Source: Macrostomum hystrix (lineage: Eukaryota; Animalia; Platyhelminthes). Taken from it: a DNA stretch of 64,000 bases. The translations under genes and the position numbers were made by a program. Under the pieces are notes generated by a model. It saw nothing but the letters and a program-made list of their open reading frames with translations. It made no database searches and was not told the DNA's origin. Location: contig CATNEN010000005.1 of assembly GCA_950097015.1 (NCBI GenBank), positions 124,001 to 188,000 of the forward strand, written 5' to 3'. Shown in pieces: positions 38,201-51,200 of the stretch; position 1 is the first letter of the stretch, and each line of letters opens with the position of its first letter.

Positions 38201-38402
38201 GTCCGAGCGAGTCCGCGGCTTCGTTGAATGCCTTCAAAGCGACCGACCGTTTGGCGCCCCGCTGACTATACTGCGAGAGGACGGTCGAATGCGGGCCCGG
38301 TTCACTCGCTACCTGGTCGAGGACAGATCCGAGGGCGGCAGCGCCGGGCCCTCTTATCAGGAGTTTCTGCAGACTTTGCAAAAAATGGTCAAGTATTCCT
38401 GA
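26995..38402 (+). CDS. SEC24: COPII coat subunit SEC24 (SEC24A/B type), 6 coding exons, ~1165 aa
   Basis: Exons 26995-28108, 28867-29324, 30788-31237, 33716-34357, 34869-35456, 38157-38402; phase-consistent GT-AG. Pro/Gln-rich N-terminus, Zn finger VRCRSCRTYINPF...WRCNVC, trunk EFIAPQEYTVRPP..YVMLFDVS, RKIGFEAVMRLRC, ERRIRVHT, and gelsolin-like C-terminus ...LVEDRS..SYQEFL. Confidence 0.95.
28230..28760. repeat. 16-bp GA-rich minisatellite (AGATGAGACA(T/C)GGAAG-type) in SEC24 intron 1
   Basis: About 30 degenerate units; the same family occurs at 59320-59470 and 63860-64000. Confidence 0.93.
29420..30700. repeat. 21-23-bp minisatellite (ATCCCCCACAGCTGACAAATT-type) in SEC24 intron 2, split by a unique insert at ~29540-29955
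   Basis: About 5 units before and about 34 units after the insert; almost every unit contains CAGCTG. Confidence 0.95.
31520..33505. repeat. 23-bp minisatellite (GTCCAATGACCCAATTCTCGGTT)n in SEC24 intron 3
   Basis: About 85 units; contains a 529-bp (23-unit) internal duplication; source of the spurious minus-strand ORFs. Confidence 0.98.
34475..34745. repeat. 22-bp minisatellite (ATCCAAATCCCCAAACTGAGTA)n in SEC24 intron 4
   Basis: About 12 units. Confidence 0.95.
35505..37960. repeat. 35-bp minisatellite (TTATCCCATATAATAGTTTCTATTCCCGTGACTAA)n in SEC24 intron 5
   Basis: About 70 units; contains a 770-bp higher-order duplication. Confidence 0.98.
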
Positions 38403-38569
38403 ATGACAATTTTTAGCTAAACTAATCAACTGTCAGACTGGCGAAGAGCTATGTTTTATCTATGTATTGCAGATTTATTTACTTCTTAATTCTTGAATCA
38501 ATTGATTACTTATTAATAGTAAAATCTGGGTTTTTGTCACGATATCTATCTACCTGTTTACCTTCCTAC

Positions 38570-39515
38570 AGTGTCTACCTATCTACCCTAAATTATCTAC
38601 CTGCCTACCACAAATACTCGACCTGCCAACCCCTAATTGTCTACCTGCCTACCCTTAATTGTCTACCTGCCTACCCCTAATTGTCTACCTGCCTACCCCT
38701 AATTGTCTACCTGCCTACCCCTAATTGTCTACCTGTCTACCCCTAATTGTCTACCTGCCTACCCTTAATTGTCTACCTGCCTACCCCTAATTGTCTACCT
38801 GCCTACCCCTAATTGTCTACCTGCCAACCCCTAATTGTCTACCTGCCTACCCTTAATTGTCTACCTGCCTACCCCTAATTGTCTACCTGCCTACCCTTAA
38901 TTGTCTACCTGCCTACCCTTAATTGTCTACCTGCCTACCCCTAATTGTCTACCTGCCTACCCCTAATTGTCTACCTGCCAACCCCTAATTGTCTACCTGC
39001 CTACCCTTAATTGTCTACCTGCCTACCCCTAATTGTCTACCTGCCTACCCCTAATTGTCTACCTGCCTACCCCTAATTGTCTACCTGCCTACCCCTAATT
39101 GTCTACCTGCCTACCCTTAATTGTCTACCTGCCAACCCCTAATTGTCTACCTGCCTACCCTTAATTGTCTACCTGCCTACCCCTAATTGTCTACCTGCCT
39201 ACCCCTAATTGTCTACCTGCCTACCCAAGTTCTCTACCTGCCTACCCAAAGTTGTCTACCTGCCTACCCCAAGTTCTCTACCTGCCTAACCCAAGTTGTC
39301 TACCTGCCTACCCCTAATTGTCTACCTGCCTACCCCTAATTGTCTACCTGCCTACCCAAGTTCTCTACCTGCCTACCCAAAGTTCTCTACCTGCCTACCC
39401 CAAGTTCTCTACCTGCCTAACCCAAGTTGTCTACCTGCCTACCCCAAGTTCTCTACCTGCCTACACCAAGTTCTCTACCTGCCTACCCCAAGTTGTCTAC
39501 CTGCCTACCCCAAAT
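38570..39515. repeat. 22-bp minisatellite (CTACCTGCCTACCCCTAATTGT)n downstream of SEC24
   Basis: About 42 units; grades into a CTACCTGCCTACCC(C)AAGTTCT variant after ~39220. Confidence 0.97.
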
Positions 39516-40094
39516 AGTCTAATTGTCTAATTGACTACCCACCTCCCCTAATCGTCCTCCCGTCAGCCCCTAATTATCTACCTGACTACTCCTAATTGTC
39601 AACCTGTGTATCCATTAATGCTCTACATACCTACTAACACCTTTTCAAGTTCCCATCAGCAATATTATCAGGCATTCTAAAAAGGTTGACTAAATTACAT
39701 ATGCTGCCTGACTGAATCCTATCCCACTGGTTGCGCGCTTGATTTTAACATAATTTTATTCACATTAATTAGTGTATGTATGCATCACTTTTTTGCTTGC
39801 TAATTGATATAAATGCTTCAATTAATATCGTAGTAATAAGTACTGTTTTATGCTCTCAAAAAACACCTATATGAAAAGTATGTACGAGTTTAGTGCTTAT
39901 AGTCTGGCTGTGCTCACATTACTGGTCAATTAAAACAATTATTAAAGCTATTATCTATTTTATCTTCTGTTTCCCATGTAACTTCTCTATTGGTTTTTAT
40001 GAATTTCAAAGCAAAACATTCTTAAATAATAGTTTTTATTTGTTCCAGTCTAGTTTCTGAGAATGAGATTTCGAGAATATGTCGTAAATGATGA

Positions 40095-40785
40095 AATTTT
40101 ATGAATCTCTTCCTCAGCAAGAAATTTTGAGAATCTCTTCCTATGGATGAGATTTTGAGATTCTCTTCCTATGGATTAGATTTTAAAATATTCTTCCTAT
40201 GGATTAGATTTTGAAATATTCTTCCTATGTATGAGATTTTGAGATTCTCTTCCTATGTATGAGATTTTGAGATTCTCTTCCTATGTATGAGATTTTGAGA
40301 ATCTCTTCCTATGGGTTAGATTTTGAGATTCTCTTCCTATGGATTAGATTTTAAAATATTCTTCCTATGGATGAGATTTTGAAATATTCTTCCTATGTAT
40401 GAGATTTTGAGATTCTCTTCCTATGTATGAGATTTTGAGATTCTCTTCCTATGGATGAGATTTTGAGAATCTCTTCCTATGGATTAGATTTTGAAATATT
40501 CTTCCTATGGATGAGATTTTGAGATTCTCTTCCTATGGGTGAGATTTTGAGATTTTCTTCCAATGGATTTGATTTTGAGAATCTCTTCCTATGGATTTGA
40601 TTTTGAGAATCTCTTCCTATGGGTTAGATTTTGAGAATCTCTTCCTATGGGTTGGATTTTGAGAATCTCTTCCAATGGATGAGATTTTGAGAATCTCTTC
40701 CTATGGATTTGATTTTGAGATTCTCTTCCTATGGGTTAGATTTTGAGAATCTCTTCCTATGGGTTAGATTTTGAGAATCTCTTCT
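40095..40785. repeat. 28-bp minisatellite (GAGATTTTGAGAATCTCTTCCTATGGAT)n
   Basis: About 24 units; many contain the small inverted repeat GAGATT-TTGAG-AATCTC. Confidence 0.96.
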
Positions 40786-43067
40786 ACAATTAAGGTGAAT
40801 GTAATAGTTTCAGCAATAGAAGTGTTGGAATTTTTTTGGATAACTTTAAATATATCTTTCTTTTAGTCAAACGCTTGCTTTCACATTTTATTCATTTCTA
40901 CTAATCAGTAGTCATTCATACGCTAACACGAAATGCTTCGTCATATATTATTTGTAGCATTTCGCTCTACTAACTAGTAGTATAATTTAGATTGTTAGAT
41001 TCATGAATTCTCTTATCAGTTAGTTTCTTTTTTGTTAAACCCGGCTTTTCTAAGAAACCTGCTGCGCCTCCAAAAATTGAAACTTATCTAACAGATACAC
41101 TCACTTGATTTGCCTAATTCAATTACATTAAAGCTGTTTATTTATTTATTTGGCTTCAATTTGTTTTTTTTATTTAGTTTAGAAGTGCAATCCCATTTTT
41201 CCTTGTGTCTGTGTATTGTTGCTTTATAAAACTGTCAGTTTATTGCTAATGATATATTGCTCGCTTTGTTTAATTAGCCAATTCGCCTATCTATTTATAT
41301 GGTGTTTTATTTTATTTATTAATCTTCATTTGCTTTGTTGACCCGACACCTAGTGGCCCAGTGTATTGTGCTATTATTAACTAAACCGAATTTTATGTTT
41401 TTTTTCATCAACCCTAATTTTGTTGCCAACATCTTGCTTTGACTGCTTGTTTGTGTTTGGTGTGTGTTTTGAGCACACTAGAATGGAAACTTTGTTTAAG
41501 ATTTAACACTTGTCTGTGACTTTCTTTTATTATTCCTTGATAAGTGTTTTGGTTTCGGCTTTTTTATTAATACCCCCCTTGGTACCTCTGTCTTGATAAA
41601 TGCCTTTTTATTATTGTCTACTCAATCCGATCTTTAACTTAAAGTTTTAATCGGCGCCAATTCTTTTGTTTATAACAAATAAAGAGTGCGCCCCGTAAAA
41701 AACGTGAATTTCTCTAATCCTCTGCAATAAAATGTAGATTTATTTCTATTGGAGCACTGAAAGGTTAATGTAATCCAATATTTATTGAACTTTCTAACAA
41801 TCTGTGACACTAAGCTTTTTTGCACCCATTTAAAAATAAAATTCTACCAACATTTTCAGTTAAATGAATTCTGTTAATTATAATTTGTTCTTTTTTTAAT
41901 GCTACAAAACTTGCAATAACTTTCTTTAGTGTTCCAACTTCGTAAAACAAATTGACCCAATTGTGACACAACTGGAGTAAAAAAGCTTGTCTATGAAAAA
42001 CTGAAAAGCAACTTCATTTTTGTGTAACCAATGAGATAAACTTCATATGCGAAGTAATTAATCTGCTGTCGATTTATTATTTGCTAAATTTGAAAACATT
42101 GACTGCGCGCGTGACAGATGAAACCTGTTGGCTGATTTTTTCAATCTAAATCTGTCATAAAGTTGTTTAAATCTTATTCCTTTGTTTTAGTTCTTTCTTT
42201 TATACAAATTTCATTTTTTAGCTCCCTATATTCCCTATTGAGATTTGTTTTCATTTCTTATAAAAGTCTATGGACTGGCTATGGGATTGTAGCCAAGTGG
42301 TTAGACTTAAAGCATCGAAATCAAGGCTTGATTCCTGACTCCTGTTAAAAAATTTGTGTCCTTAAACAAACAAGATATTTAACAACACTACATGGCTTTC
42401 GTTTATAGCAAAATAGGCCAAATAGATGTTTAACGTATTAATATGCTTTCGTTTATTACAGACTGTAAACATTCAATAAAATAAAATAAATTTGCAATTG
42501 TTTTCTAACTACTCGTACTAGTACTGGCAGAAAGCATGCTATTGAAGAGCCTAAATCTAAATATTGAGCCTGTTTTCAAATCTACAGATATCTGTGATAG
42601 TTAGGATACGAAAATTGTAAATTGTATATAATTGTATTACTCGTGTCAATTAATGGAGCTTTTTGTGCAAATAAATGGAAAGTTAAACATAAAAAATTTA
42701 TAGAGTGAAAGCGTTACACAAGCAAGTCCACATTTGGGACTTTAAAGAGAATTGAGTATAGTAAGCAACAGAAAGGGCACCAAAAGCAACAAAAAATAAT
42801 GGAAGCCAAAGCTCTAGTAGAGACAAAAACTCAGTCTAGAAATTATATTAAGCATTCCTACTGCACTATTAAAGCAGGTCGAGTATCAGATAGTGTGTTT
42901 TATACTCGTATAATAGAAAGCCACTAATTTTGAAACACTTCTTTAGAAAATACATAACTGAACAACCGATTCGTCAATGCGCTATTGTGCAACTCAAATC
43001 AATTTCGCCTTAATTTTTTGCAAATGGTCTCAAAATGTATTCTTAAGCCCGCAGAGAAATTAAAGAA

Positions 43068-43987
43068 TTAATTAATAGCCTCAGCTGGCCAGTTGAGCTG
43101 ACCAATCAGGGAGCCCCTTGGACGGCCATCTCGGCCGTACTTGTCCAATGCCAGCGAGCGCTGTCCGGAGCGCCAGCCAATCTCCTGGCTAGTGGTGCGC
43201 GGCGGCGGCTTAGGCGATGGATCAACGCGTAGGTAGTTGCGCAACGGCGTCACCGGCGGCACCTGCATGTGAGCGGGCAGCTCCGCCTTTGGCCGGTTTG
43301 AGTCGCGCAGTGTTGGCAGTTCGTCTTTGATAACCTGCATGAAATTTCCAACGAATCGTACTTCTTCAGTACATTTTTGTGAGTTGTAGTCATCAATCAG
43401 CAACTATTTACCTCCTCGTATGGTTGAGCCATGAATCCCCAATCCTTTTGCCAGTATTTTGCTGAGCTAGCCTCCTTAGTGCAGTGGTCTTTCCTAGAGT
43501 TGTCAAAAAATAAATGGATGTAAAATACGAGTTTTGAAGGAATCTAAAGTTTTTCAAATTACCATATTAAAAACAAGCACATGGCAAAACTTGACATTTG
43601 TTGCTTATCTTAATAAGCCTGGCTAATTCAAAACAAACCAATTCGCCCTGCAGGCATTTACTTTCTGAACAAAAATCGTGGGCGGCTAGCCATGCAGTTA
43701 AACGGTGCATTAGAAGAATGAACGATAACTGTCTTTAAAATCGGGATCAGTTTTCATGAGCAACATATACATAGCCGAGGCTTGCAAAAGATATGTTCTT
43801 AAGCTCCATATATAAATGTTTTGTAATGCATATTTTTTAACCATAGTCTGCTCATCTGCTGCAGGTCGATCCTTGTCTAATTATATAATAAAAAATATCT
43901 TCTTAAGCCAACACTAACTCACCAGATTTGATCATTTGCGATATAATTGCATCCTGCAACCTCGCGTCCTTCCTGTCGATTAGCCAT
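43068..43987 (-). CDS. CIMIP1: Ciliary microtubule inner protein 1 (C20orf85/LLC1 family), 3 exons, 137 aa
   Basis: Exons 43987-43923, 43493-43412, 43334-43068 give MANRQEGREVAGCNYIANDQIWKDHCTKEASSAKYWQKDWGFMAQPYEEVIKDELPTLRDSNRPKAELP..PVTPLRNYLRVDPSPKPPPRTTSQEIGWRS..LNWPAEAIN. This fits the C20orf85 pattern as I recall it (DxIW..W..WGF..PVTP..PSP..TT..IGWRS..WP). Confidence 0.85.
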
Positions 43988-44680
43988 CTTTAATGTTATT
44001 TGCCTAATACTTTTTTTCTAAAACTAATATTCTTAAGATTTTTTATATTAAAAAGAACGCTTATTGCAACGTCAAAAACGGTCATTGTCAACAACTTGGC
44101 CGAAAAGAGGTTATTTAAGGAGTAAAAAATAATAATTTAGTATTTTTAACTTAATATTCTATCTTTAAAAAAAGCAGAATTGCTTTTGCTTTTTCTAATT
44201 CTAACTAAATTTATTATAGTGCACTAAACTGTATAAACGATTTATTTAATTTAAAAACCCGACTGTACATTTAAGTTCTAGTCCTTCGTCCTTCTCGTGA
44301 CCGTGGGGTCTGTGTGTTCGAAAGGGTCGCTGCTTTTCAAGATTATATCGGTTTCAAGGCGTGCTACGTTGTTCTCTCCTGTGGTATCATCGAGTAAGTT
44401 ATTAAATCATGTATTGTAGCTGCTTAATGTTGGGATTTTGTTTCAATTAAAATTTACATTTTATCGACATGTGGGATGTGACCTGCTATATGGGAAAGGA
44501 AAACAAAACATTCTTCTGGCTTAAATACTAAAAAAATAAAGAAAAGTGAGTGTTGATTTTCGTCACTCAACAAAGGCTTTTTTGAAAAATTCCTAATAAA
44601 ATAAAATATATATTTTTTTATTTGTCATTCTAATCTACTTAGTACTATCTGTCTACATTTTGATGCCCTTTATTCTAGCA

Positions 44681-47226
44681 ATGACAACGCTGGTCGATGC
44701 TATTCAGCACAAGTTCGAGTTGCTGATTGATCCTGGCAGTGCAATGCAACATGTTACACTATATGGTTCACCTGGTATGTAATCCTTGAATTGCAATGTT
44801 AAATAGCCACCATTTCTTTAAAACCGCAAACCATCAAAGTTTTATTATTTTTTTCTTATCAAACTGGTAATAGCAAACTTAAATGTACTTACTGTTGTGA
44901 TTTTAGTCATAGCTTTTAAACTATAAAATGATTTTGCATAATAAACTATTTTTTCAATATTGCATACTGCTTTAGCATGGAGAAAAAAGTTTTGCACTGG
45001 TAAATATATATATTTGTCTACTTTGTGATGTTCTGCCCAAATTTTAAATTTTTTTTGTTGTCATGTTGTATATCAGAGACTCTTGTTACTTTAAAGCTTT
45101 TATTTTCAAATTGAGTTTTTGTTTCTTTTCTATAAGTTTTTAGAATATTAAGTTTAAAGTAATAAGAAAATGCACTGTTTTGATAAAACCCAAATAACCC
45201 AAATCTTTCAATTGTAATGCTACAGCCACTGGAGAGTTGCGCCTGCCACATGTTCTTGTCATGGACAATAGCAATGTAGCTAGCTTGGGCGATCTGAACA
45301 AACTCGGCAGCATGTGTGCTCACATTGTTGAGCTTGATCTGGCTAATAACCGCCTGACCAACTGGGCTGAGCTGCTAAAATTATTGAGCATACTACCGCA
45401 ACTTCGCTTACTCAATCTGAGCATTAATCCTCATTTGGGATTAGTCGCAGAGGATGAAGTTTATGGACAGACTGATGAAGAGAAAAATGATGACAAGAGT
45501 GAGAAGGGCATTGAGGTAAGTTACTCGTTTCCTTCCATTTGTAACACTTTTGAAGACTTACTTCAATGAAAGAAATCATACTTAGAATTTTCTGGTTCAC
45601 TTCTTCTAGAAGGAATCAGAAATCAAAGATCCGCAACACTTGATAGCGCCGCAAATGCCGAATTTGTCTACTCTAGTGCTAAATCAGGTGCCTAGAGTCA
45701 CCTGGCGCATGCTAGCCGGCCTACTATCTTCTGCTCCAAATCTAGTGGAACTCTATCTGTGCAATAATTCTTTAGCTGCTCCGGATTTTGCTTGCCCGAA
45801 ATCTGGTGGCTATTCCACTATTCAACAGTTGTACTTTAACGGCAACCGGCTCATGCCTAACGATTGGTCTCGTCTAGCGGAATGGTTTCCAAAGCTGGAG
45901 AAGCTTACCCTGATTGGCAATACGGCTACAGAGTTGCCTAGCAACTCGGCGGCAACCGATTTGCCTATATTGTCCAGCTTGAAGTCGTTGAACTTATCGG
46001 AGAGTGGCATTAATTCCTGGACAGAATTAGAGAAGCTAAATAGCTGTCCGGGTCTCTGCGATCTGCGAGTTATGGATATTGAATTAGCCAAGGTAATTTC
46101 ATGGATTCGATGTTCAATTCTTAAGTTTATTCACCCTGTGTGGATTAGAAAACCGTTAGAAACCTAATAAAAATAGAGCAGGAGGGCTGCGTTCAACTGC
46201 ATATTATTTGGTGACACTGGACCCGCAGCCAGCGAGGAGGCAATTCTGCCCATTTCGCTGACTCCTGAGCACACACGCACACTGATACAATCTTAGACAC
46301 CTAGGTGGGTGTAGTGGCCGTGGCCTTAATCCCTGAATTTTAATCCGGTCAGCCGACAGCACAACCGCTGCTATTGCGCGGCGCATCTGAAGGCTGTTCA
46401 GTCCATGGACTGGGGGGGACGCCGCACCCATCCTCTGTTGCTCCAGCTGATGCTGGTACCCATTTAGCAGCTGAGTAAACTGGTGCAATGCAAAGTTAAA
46501 TATCTTGCTAATCAACACAGATTATTCCAGCGGAGTCGGGAATCGAACCCCCGACCTTTATGTCGTGACACCGATGCCCTAACCACTAAGCTACAGACCC
46601 GTGCAATAGCCTCTTGTACATGTAGCTCAACTGGGCTAAGTGTGTTTTCTACTCTATTCCGTTGCCTGTAATGACAATAAATAATAGTAGTTTATTCCTA
46701 ATTTTGCGGAACGGTACAGAGCCGGTCTAAAAAAGACTTTCGAGCTGAAGCAATTGCTCGACTGCCGCATGTAACTACGCTAAATGGCACCGAAGTGACA
46801 GACGTAGAGCGTTCGGCCGCCGAGCGAGCATTAATTCGTGCTCATACCATAGATTTCGAAGTGTCGGAAGCTGGCAAAGCAGACAGACATTCAACACCTG
46901 CTCAATTAGATTCTCTGCTAGCTAAGCATGGCCAATTAGATCAGCTAGCTAAAGTGGATCTTCGTCCTACTGAAAGCGTTAGTATGGTCCTACGCTACGG
47001 TACACAGAGTCGCACCTGTCAATTAGCCACTAATCAACTGGTGCGCGATTTGAAAATCAAAGTTTGCGCCCAATTCTCAATCGATCCGGCAAAAGTTAGC
47101 ATGTACTATATTGATCAGGGCATGGTCGGTGCAATGGGACCGGATGAGATGAATTTGCCCGGCAGAGCCTTCCACAGCTACCGGCCAGAGGATGGCGACG
47201 AGCTGGTGTTGAGAGATCGCAAATAA
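44681..47226 (+). CDS. TBCEL: Tubulin-specific chaperone cofactor E-like protein (LRR plus C-terminal ubiquitin-like domain), 4 coding exons, ~457 aa
   Basis: Exons 44681-44774, 45226-45515, 45610-46092 (NAGNAG acceptor), 46720-47226; phase-consistent. Motifs LPHVLVMDN..CAHIVELDLANNRLTNW..LPQLRLLNLSINP, further LRRs, IARLPHVTTLNGTEV...ER..AER, and a UbL-like C-terminus. No CAP-Gly domain, hence TBCEL rather than TBCE. Probable non-coding 5' exon ending at 44393. Confidence 0.9.
46200..46600 (-). mobile_element. Apparently full-length tRNA-derived SINE in TBCEL intron 3
   Basis: Head GGGTCTGTAGCTTAGTGGTTAGGGC (A-box) ... GGGGGTTCGATTCCCGACTCCGC (B-box); it does not fold into a complete cloverleaf. 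Body shared with the copies at 20900-21122, 8660-8725, 49310-49345 and 50750-50780. Confidence 0.82.
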
Positions 47227-47419
47227 AATTGAAATTACTTGTGTTCTTTTGGGGACTACATTAATTTATTTTAATTTTAAGCCTTTTCAAATTGAAACCC
47301 GCGCTAAGGATTTTAATTTCGTGGCATTTTGTATTAATAATTCAAATTTAGTTCGAAATTTTGATTTACGAAGCTAAAAACTATAGACTAGGATACATTT
47401 TGGAGTCACTAAGCTTCGC

Positions 47420-47510
47420 TACTATTGGCTGCAATCCTATCACGTTTGTCGCTATTGGACGATGTCAATGTCACGTGACGACTTACGTATTGTACTATTA
47501 GCCAATAAAA
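47420..47510 (+). promoter_or_regulatory. Putative ACOX1 promoter: three CCAAT boxes flanking a perfect GTCACGTGAC E-box (CLEAR-type)
   Basis: ATTGG at 47424 and 47454, GTCACGTGAC at 47470-47479, CCAAT at 47502. A candidate UTR donor near 47544 and acceptor at ~48258 lead to the ATG at 48298. Confidence 0.5.
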
Positions 47511-48297
47511 GCTAGGCTAGTTGATTCTCAAGATCATGAACCGGTGAATTGTGGGTTATATTGTTTCTTTCTAACTTTTTTTCATTTGAGTTTTTTGTAT
47601 TTTAAATTTTAACTTTAAATGCTTGCCCAGTAGAAGTGTGATGACCTAACTTATTGTATGCAAATTACTTGCAACCGATTGGACTAGTTTTATGTGCATA
47701 TAGGGATATTTTGCACTTATTAAGATATCCTGATCAGACTCTATCACCCACTAAGGTGTGGAATAGAATATGAGCAATTCTATTATTTTCTTTCACCACT
47801 GTAGGTCTGTAGGCTTAAGTTTGTGTTCTTTTTTTATTGAAAAGCCTTTCTTCTAGCTGTAGGCGTCCAAATTCTCGCTCGTCAAAATCGATGTAAGTCT
47901 TCTGTCACAGATGAAGCAGTTTTATTTTCTAAGAATTCATCGAATACTTTAGGAGGGCTATTGGCCAATTATTTTTTTTCTACACACTCAAAGCAGTTGC
48001 TAGCTGACGGAATGTAAAAAAAGTAAACTCGTGCTATTCAGCCTGTGTGGCATTTTCGACAGTTGAATAGACTAAATCATTTTTTTAGGATTTATAAAAT
48101 ATCGATAAAGAAAAGTTGTTGTCCTTCAATTCGTTCTTTATTAGTTATTGCATTTGCAGAAATAGTTTGAAGGTTTATAATCTGGAGGAAATTAGCTAGA
48201 AATAAAATTTTATCTTCATAATTAATCTATCTAATTAATTCCTGAATTAATTTTTCCAGCGATACCAATTTATAAAAAAACAATTCAAAAAGCAATA

Positions 48298-51200
48298 ATG
48301 ACTTCCGATTTGAAAGCAACCAACGGTTCCACCCCGGCTACTAAAATCAATCCGATGCTGACCGAGGAGCGGGCCAAGGCCTCTTTCCCGGTTGAAGAGA
48401 TGACCTACCTGCTGGACAATGGCAAGTTTAATACGGAGAAGAGACGAGAGATTGGTACGTGCATTGAAACACCAGATTCTATCTATTCTCATAAACAGTA
48501 GATATCTAATCAATTATATTTAAATTCTTAACTCTAATCACTGACAGAGGAACTCGTCTCCAAGGATCCCAATTTCGATCATCCGCCGATACAGTTCATG
48601 ACTAGAGAGCAGCAGTACAGTCTAGCCGTGAAGAAGGCCCTGCTAACGCAGCAGCGTTTGAAGGAACTGGACTTGTTGGACGATCCTTACGCATCCTACT
48701 ATTTTCGGAGGTGAGTCTTACCTATTGTGCAATTGTTTCTGCTCTATCGATCTTTTAGGTCTAGTTTATCAATCTTTTGGGTCCAGTTTATCAATCTTTT
48801 AGGTATAGTTTATCAATCTTTTGGGTCCAGTTTATCAATCTTTTAGGTCTAGTTTATCAATCTTTTGGGTCCAGTTTATCAATCTTTTAGGTCTAGTTTA
48901 TCAATCTTTTGGGTCTAGTTTATCAATCTTTTAGGTCTAGTTTATCAATCTTTTGGGTCCAGTTTATCAATCTTTCAGATCTAGTTTATCAATCTTTTGG
49001 GTCCAGTTTATCAATCTTTTAGGTCTAGTTTATCAATCTTTTATGTCTAGTCTATCAATATTTTAAGTCTAATTTATCAATCTTTTAGGTCTAGTTTATC
49101 AATCTTTTAGGTCTAGTTTATCAATCTTTTAGGTCTAGTTTATCAATCTTTTAGGTCTAGTTTGTCGATCTTTTAGGTCTGCTTTAGATTAATCCTTCAG
49201 GTTGCTTCATGAATTCTTCAGGTTGCTTCATGAATTCTTCAGGTTGCTTCATGAATTCTTCAGGTTGCTTCATGAATTCTTCAGGTTGCTTCATCAATTT
49301 TTTCACATCACACCCAGTGGTACAGCCGCAGCTATTGCGCGAGCTGTGTACAGCTGTGCACAACTGCTGAGTCTGCCACGCCATCAACTAAAATTTGCAC
49401 CAATGTTAAACAGCTGTATTAACAAAATTACAAGATAATTAATATGCCTTTCGTTTGGGCTAAGATTTGAACTCAGATTTGTCCTGTCAGATATTTGTGG
49501 TATCAGTTTGCTTCTGGTTTAAATTTCTATTCTAATTTCGATTCTAGTCGTTGGAGAATATTATTTGATAACTGTAAACTGTGACTGCCTCCGAAGTAAC
49601 TTAAAATGTACAGCTATCTCGGTTAGATAGGTATTTGTTTAGAGCGAAGTATGTGACTGCAGTTTTTTTGTTAGAAAATCTAGCCTTTCGGCTAGTTACT
49701 GATAAGCTTACAGTTTTTTAAAGAATTTATAAATCCAGTGTTTGATCGCGTTTCACAGAAGATAAAATATTTGATTTAGTAAGTCGCATAATGTTAAACT
49801 AAAATAAAACTAAGGTTCCTATGGATGCAGTTTTTAATTATTTCTTAGGTATCGTTCTTTGAATGACTCATTGTAACATTTGTACTTTTAATACATAGTT
49901 TGAGTCATTTCTGAACTTTTCAAGAAACCGTCTAGCTCACAAATCCAGGCTGGAGCTACATAGCTAACCAGTCATACCATATACTTAGATTGCAAATCAT
50001 TTTTTCTTTTCAACAAAAAATCTATATTTTCCTTTCTACACTACTTACATAAGTAGGACGCAACGGAAAATCGCTTTAAAAAGTTTTTGACGTCTAAAAA
50101 CGCTCGTCTTAGTCGTCTATCCTTTATAAATGTTGCATAGATTTTAAGGTAAATGGATTATATGTACATAAGACACTAAATCAAAGTAATACAGCCCTCT
50201 GCTGTAAAACAATCTATCCGATATGTATCGAAAAATGTTTTGCAGCAGGATTTTTCAAAACGAATAAGTATTACTTTAGGTATTAATTAACTTACTTTCT
50301 GATGCAACACATCCAGAATAACAATGCCTCGCGAGGTGTCGCCCATCGGCTTGCACTGGGTGATGTTTGTACCAACCCTCATGGGCCAGTGCAACGATGA
50401 ACAACGAGAGCGTTGGCTACAGCGGGCGTTAAACTACGAAATTATCGGTACCTATGCTCAGACTGAGATGGGTCACGGCACTTATCTGAGAGGCATTGAG
50501 ACCACGGCTACCTACGATGCCAGCTCGCAGCAGTTTGTGTTGCATACTCCAACTACCACGGCTATCAAATGGTGGCCTGGAGGCCGTGAGTAACTGGGGA
50601 AACAAGTAGAGATGGGATTTAGATAGTTAGAGAACGAGGCGAACGACGAATTGTCGGGTTTAGTGTATCTGTGTGCTCATGTGTGCTCATGTGTGCTCAT
50701 GTGTGCTCATGTGTGCTCATGTGTGCTCATGTGTGCTCATGTGTGCTCATGTGTGCTCATGTGTTCTCAGGAGTCAGCAGAGGTCCTACGACATTCGACT
50801 GCTGCCGTTTGACTGCAGGAGACATCTGACTTCCAGAAATTCGACCCTAACCCTAATCCTAACCATAAATATCGCTGACATTCAAATGTCCCGTCAGCGG
50901 GATTGTCTATGTAGCTAACCCGCTCTGCTCACACAGTCGGCAAGACCTGCAACTACGCTGTTGTTGTGGCCCAGCTGTACACCCAGGGCCGCTGTCACGG
51001 TGTCCACATGTTCCTAGTTCAACTGCGCGACGAGTCGACGCATCGCAGCCTGCCCGGCGTTGTCTGCGGCGACATCGGGCCGAAGATGGGTTACAACACT
51101 ATCGATAATGGCTTCCTGCAGTTGAATAGCGTTCGTATACCGCGCGAGAACATGCTGATGCGCAACGCCGAGGTCCAACCAGACGGTACCTACGTCAGAC

